64,000 nucleotides of DNA from Phoronis australis (Eukaryota > Animalia > Phoronida), in the NCBI GenBank assembly GCA_002633005.1, contig NMRA01000015.1, forward strand, positions 848,297-912,296, read 5' to 3'. This document shows positions 61,201 through 64,000 of the stretch, one piece after another. Made by a program: the position numbers and the translations under genes. Under the pieces are notes generated by a model. That model made no database searches. It was not told where the DNA came from and worked only from the letters and a program-made list of their open reading frames with translations. Within the stretch, counting starts at the first letter, position 1, and each line of letters opens with the position of its first letter.

Positions 61201-64000
61201 ATACATCTGAGCATGCTCTCAGAATACTATAGGAAGTTAACAGTCAGAAGTCAGAATCCTTCACTAAAATTAGAAGGACTCAACTATGAGTTATACACAG
61301 GTATGGTGTGCCAATCATCTTTTTTTACCTTAGGAGATGAGCCTATATGGGATACTGGGCCCCGAGGGGGAGTTTGGCCCCGAGGGGGAGTTTAGCCATT
61401 ACCAAGTACACAAAACACTCCTAACTAAATATACCCCGTCTGGGTGGTCTCGGATATGCTCTCTGACATTTGCTGGTTCTTCAATTCTGGTACATCTCAT
61501 TTTGTTTTCTGCTTTTGCCCACTGTGCATATTTGGCAATTTATGTTTAAGTGTCAAGCTCTATCAATATATTGTACTTGTGCACAGAACAGGTCTGTGAT
61601 AAGTGGTGATATTGTGCATCCACAAATATTTGCAGGGTTTGTAGATTTTCCTTTTTTTTATTCTTTTTAGGAGAGAAATCCAGTTTTCTCAACAGCAGCA
61701 AGCTGTTCAAGTCCAAGAACATTACCCCAGTCCATGTCTGCATTGCTGGTGAGGAGACTACATTAGGAGGAATGATAGCTGCCATCAATAGTATAAGGAG
61801 CAATGCCAAGGGACGTGTCATGTTTCACCTGGTGACTGACCAAAAGTCTGAACAACATTTAAGGTATGGGTGGAAGGAGGGAGGGGGACGGGAGGGAGTT
61901 AGGGGTGGAGGAAGGGAGGGAGAGGGGTGGNNNNNNNNNNNNNNNNNNNNNNNNNNNNNNNNNNNNNNNNNNNNNNNNNNNNNNNNNNNNNNNNNNNNNN
62001 NNNNNNNNNNNNNNNNNNNNNNNNNNNNNNNNNNNNNNNNNNNNNNNNNNNNNNNNNNNNNNNNNNNNNNNNNNNNNNNNNNNNNNNNNNNNNNNNNNNN
62101 NNNNNNNNNNNNNNNNNNNNNNNNNNNNNNNNNNNNNNNNNNNNNNNNNNNNNNNNNNNNNNNNNNNNNNNNNNNNNNNNNNNNNNNNNNNNNNNNNNNN
62201 NNNNNNNNNNNNNNNNNNNNNNNNNNNNNNNNNNNNNNNNNNNNNNNNNNNNNNNNNNNNNNNNNNNNNNNNNNNNNNNNNNNNNNNNNNNNNNNNNNNN
62301 NNNNNNNNNNNNNNNNNNNNGAGAGAGAGAGAGAGAGAGGGAGAGAGAGAGAGAGGGAAAGGGCATGGTTGAAGAAGTGACGAAGGTGGGAGAATGGGGA
62401 AAGAGTTAGGATAGAAAAGGGGAAGAGTAAGAGAAAACAGAGAGGGATAAAGACAAGGGATGGATGTGAAGGTAAAGGGAAGGGAGGGTAGACTTAACAT
62501 AGAGTAAGAGGGAAGTGAATAGATTGTGGGAGGAATTGTTATCTAAACACTGTTTCTTGTCCGCAACATCAGAAATATGTGACAATCAGATTTCTTTTTG
62601 CATAGTATGTGGACCACCAGCTCTGTGTCGTCTCAGTGTGTGAGATCTGCGATCTCGCATTCTAGTCACAATGTCCTTACTCACTAGTGGCGCTAGCGTC
62701 TGCTGACGATGGTCGTGTTGTTAGAACTTGACCTTTGTATTACACTTTCTGAACTATTGCCAAATTACTCACGAACATCAAGAGTTCTACTAAAGGAAGG
62801 TGCAGACAGACTTTTTAATGCCGAAATGCTTTCCTACTCCTTGGCAGTACTAGAATTTCCCATGCGGATATACATACCGGAAGATGAGATTGGCACGCAA
62901 AGTAAGTGGTGCCTCTGCTGGGAATTTCATTACAAAATGTCGGGGGTTGTGAATCTGTTGTCTGTGATTTGTGGTTACATCTGCTATGTATTAACAAGAG
63001 AGAAGGACTGTAATAATAATAATTTTGTGAATTGGTTTTACTTCTATTTTGTTTCAACTTTGTTTTTCTAGGGACTGGATAGGCAAAACTTCTTTGGCTA
63101 GTGTTCAGTATGAGATTAAAGTTTTTCCTGAAGAATGGTTGAAGGACAAGATCAAAGTGAAAGGCGCCAGACCAGAACTTGCTAGCCCAGTAAATATCAC
63201 CTTTGGGTTTTTAATCAAGTCAGACAAATGTAATAGGTCTGTTTTCTGAAAGTCATTCTCTCTGCTTGCCCAATATAAGTCTGATAACTATCATTTCCAT
63301 AACGTCGTGGTTAAGAAATCATTCTTAATTATCAGCATTTCCAAGACTACAAAACACGGCTGTTTTAGCAAAACCCGACCTCTTTCCAGTAATGGTGTTT
63401 TATCACCATTTTAGCTCCCTTCTCCCATCGTTCTTTGTGATCTCCAAGCACTGCATTTGTTAGATTTGAAGTTGTGAAGCAAATTTTCTCGCACAGACAA
63501 TGTGTAAAGACATCTAACAATTGACGCTTGAAATGCTAACCAGCAAGCAATTGTACATACTGTAGTTAAAAAGTGTGGCTTTTTCTTAGTAATATTAGTA
63601 AACTTCTAGTATCTTGTGATGAGACCACTCATTTATTGACACACAGTGTTGCATATTAGTTTAATTTTGGGAGGTTATTCTGGTGACAAGGAACCCTGTA
63701 TACCACGTGCATTGGGGACCTTCAAGTACCTTCCTGACTTTGACTTATAATACTAATAATCAAGTTATTTTTTTTTCAAATGTGTTTTTGATTGCATCTT
63801 GGAAGCTATGGTACATGCCTTTAAGACTTTCTCATGTTTTGCCTGAAACATGGTGGTTATTATTATTTTCGTAACTCATTTTGAAACTGCGCTAAAGAGC
63901 AACTTCCTCTTTTTTACTGGAATGAGTGCATTTATGCTTGTGTTTTTTCACTTTTAGATGAACTTTGCCCGGTTTTATATTCCACGATTGTTTCCAAACC
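58213..64000 (+). CDS. GLT8D1: Glycosyltransferase family 8 domain-containing protein (GLT8D1/GLT8D2-like), type II membrane protein, 3'-partial; gene-level span
   Basis: Exons 58213-58246, 60827-60937, 61671-61863, 63072-63189, 63958->64000 join in frame: short N-tail, TM helix (IALVVIVWAAIVVYLW), GGMIAAINSIRSN...FHLVT, NFARFYIPRLFP. Cannot separate GLT8D1 from GLT8D2 orthology. Confidence 0.82.
60827..60937 (+). CDS. GLT8D1: GLT8D transmembrane exon
   Basis: ttttctacag|GT ATT GCC; G|GTAAGA (alternative in-phase donor after 60898). Confidence 0.75.
61671..61863 (+). CDS. GLT8D1: GLT8D exon (start of GT8 domain)
   Basis: ttctttttag|GA GAG; AG|GTATGG. Confidence 0.88.
61931..62320. other. 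Assembly gap (390 N) flanked by G-rich/GA simple repeats
   Basis: Run of n. Confidence 1.
63072..63189 (+). CDS. GLT8D1: GLT8D exon (DWI...YEIKVF...LASP)
   Basis: tttttctag|G GAC TGG; CCA|GTAAAT. Confidence 0.85.
63958..64000 (+). CDS. GLT8D1: GLT8D exon (MNFARFYIPRLFPN), runs off window
   Basis: cttttag|ATG AAC TTT GCC CGG; GT8 .ARFY.P motif. Confidence 0.85.
   Translation, partial: MNFARFYIPRLFPN

Noticed and set aside
61859-62500. Long ORFs of 155-213 aa
   Set aside because: They consist of the N-gap and GA repeats; only 61671-61863 is a real exon

Overview
This is intron-rich, repeat-rich animal (probably invertebrate) genomic DNA from a draft assembly with an N-gap and single-n joins, not prokaryotic sequence. 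Three spliced genes can be built by hand from GT-AG sites and reading-frame phase. (1) A minus-strand modular gene of C-type lectin domains (CTLDs) and Ser/Thr-rich mucin-like segments spans about 2.8-26 kb. It has four two-exon CTLDs, every exon is phase 1-1, and it may continue past the left edge. (2) A complete minus-strand HUNK-like AMPK-related kinase spans 35815-51546. (3) The 5' part of a divergently oriented GLT8D1/2-like glycosyltransferase starts at 58213 and runs off the right edge. The lectin gene shows recent structural change. A 123-nt mucin exon is tandemly amplified in 1.4-kb units, and a CTLD two-exon cassette has been copied into one of those introns. A solo-LTR-like element sits inside a splice donor whose sequence is restored by the target-site duplication (TSD), and one exon carries an in-frame TGA. 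Mobile DNA includes two Kolobok-like THAP elements, a tandem Helentron-associated (HINE-like) element, a LINE remnant and many MITEs. All exon models are manual predictions without transcript support.
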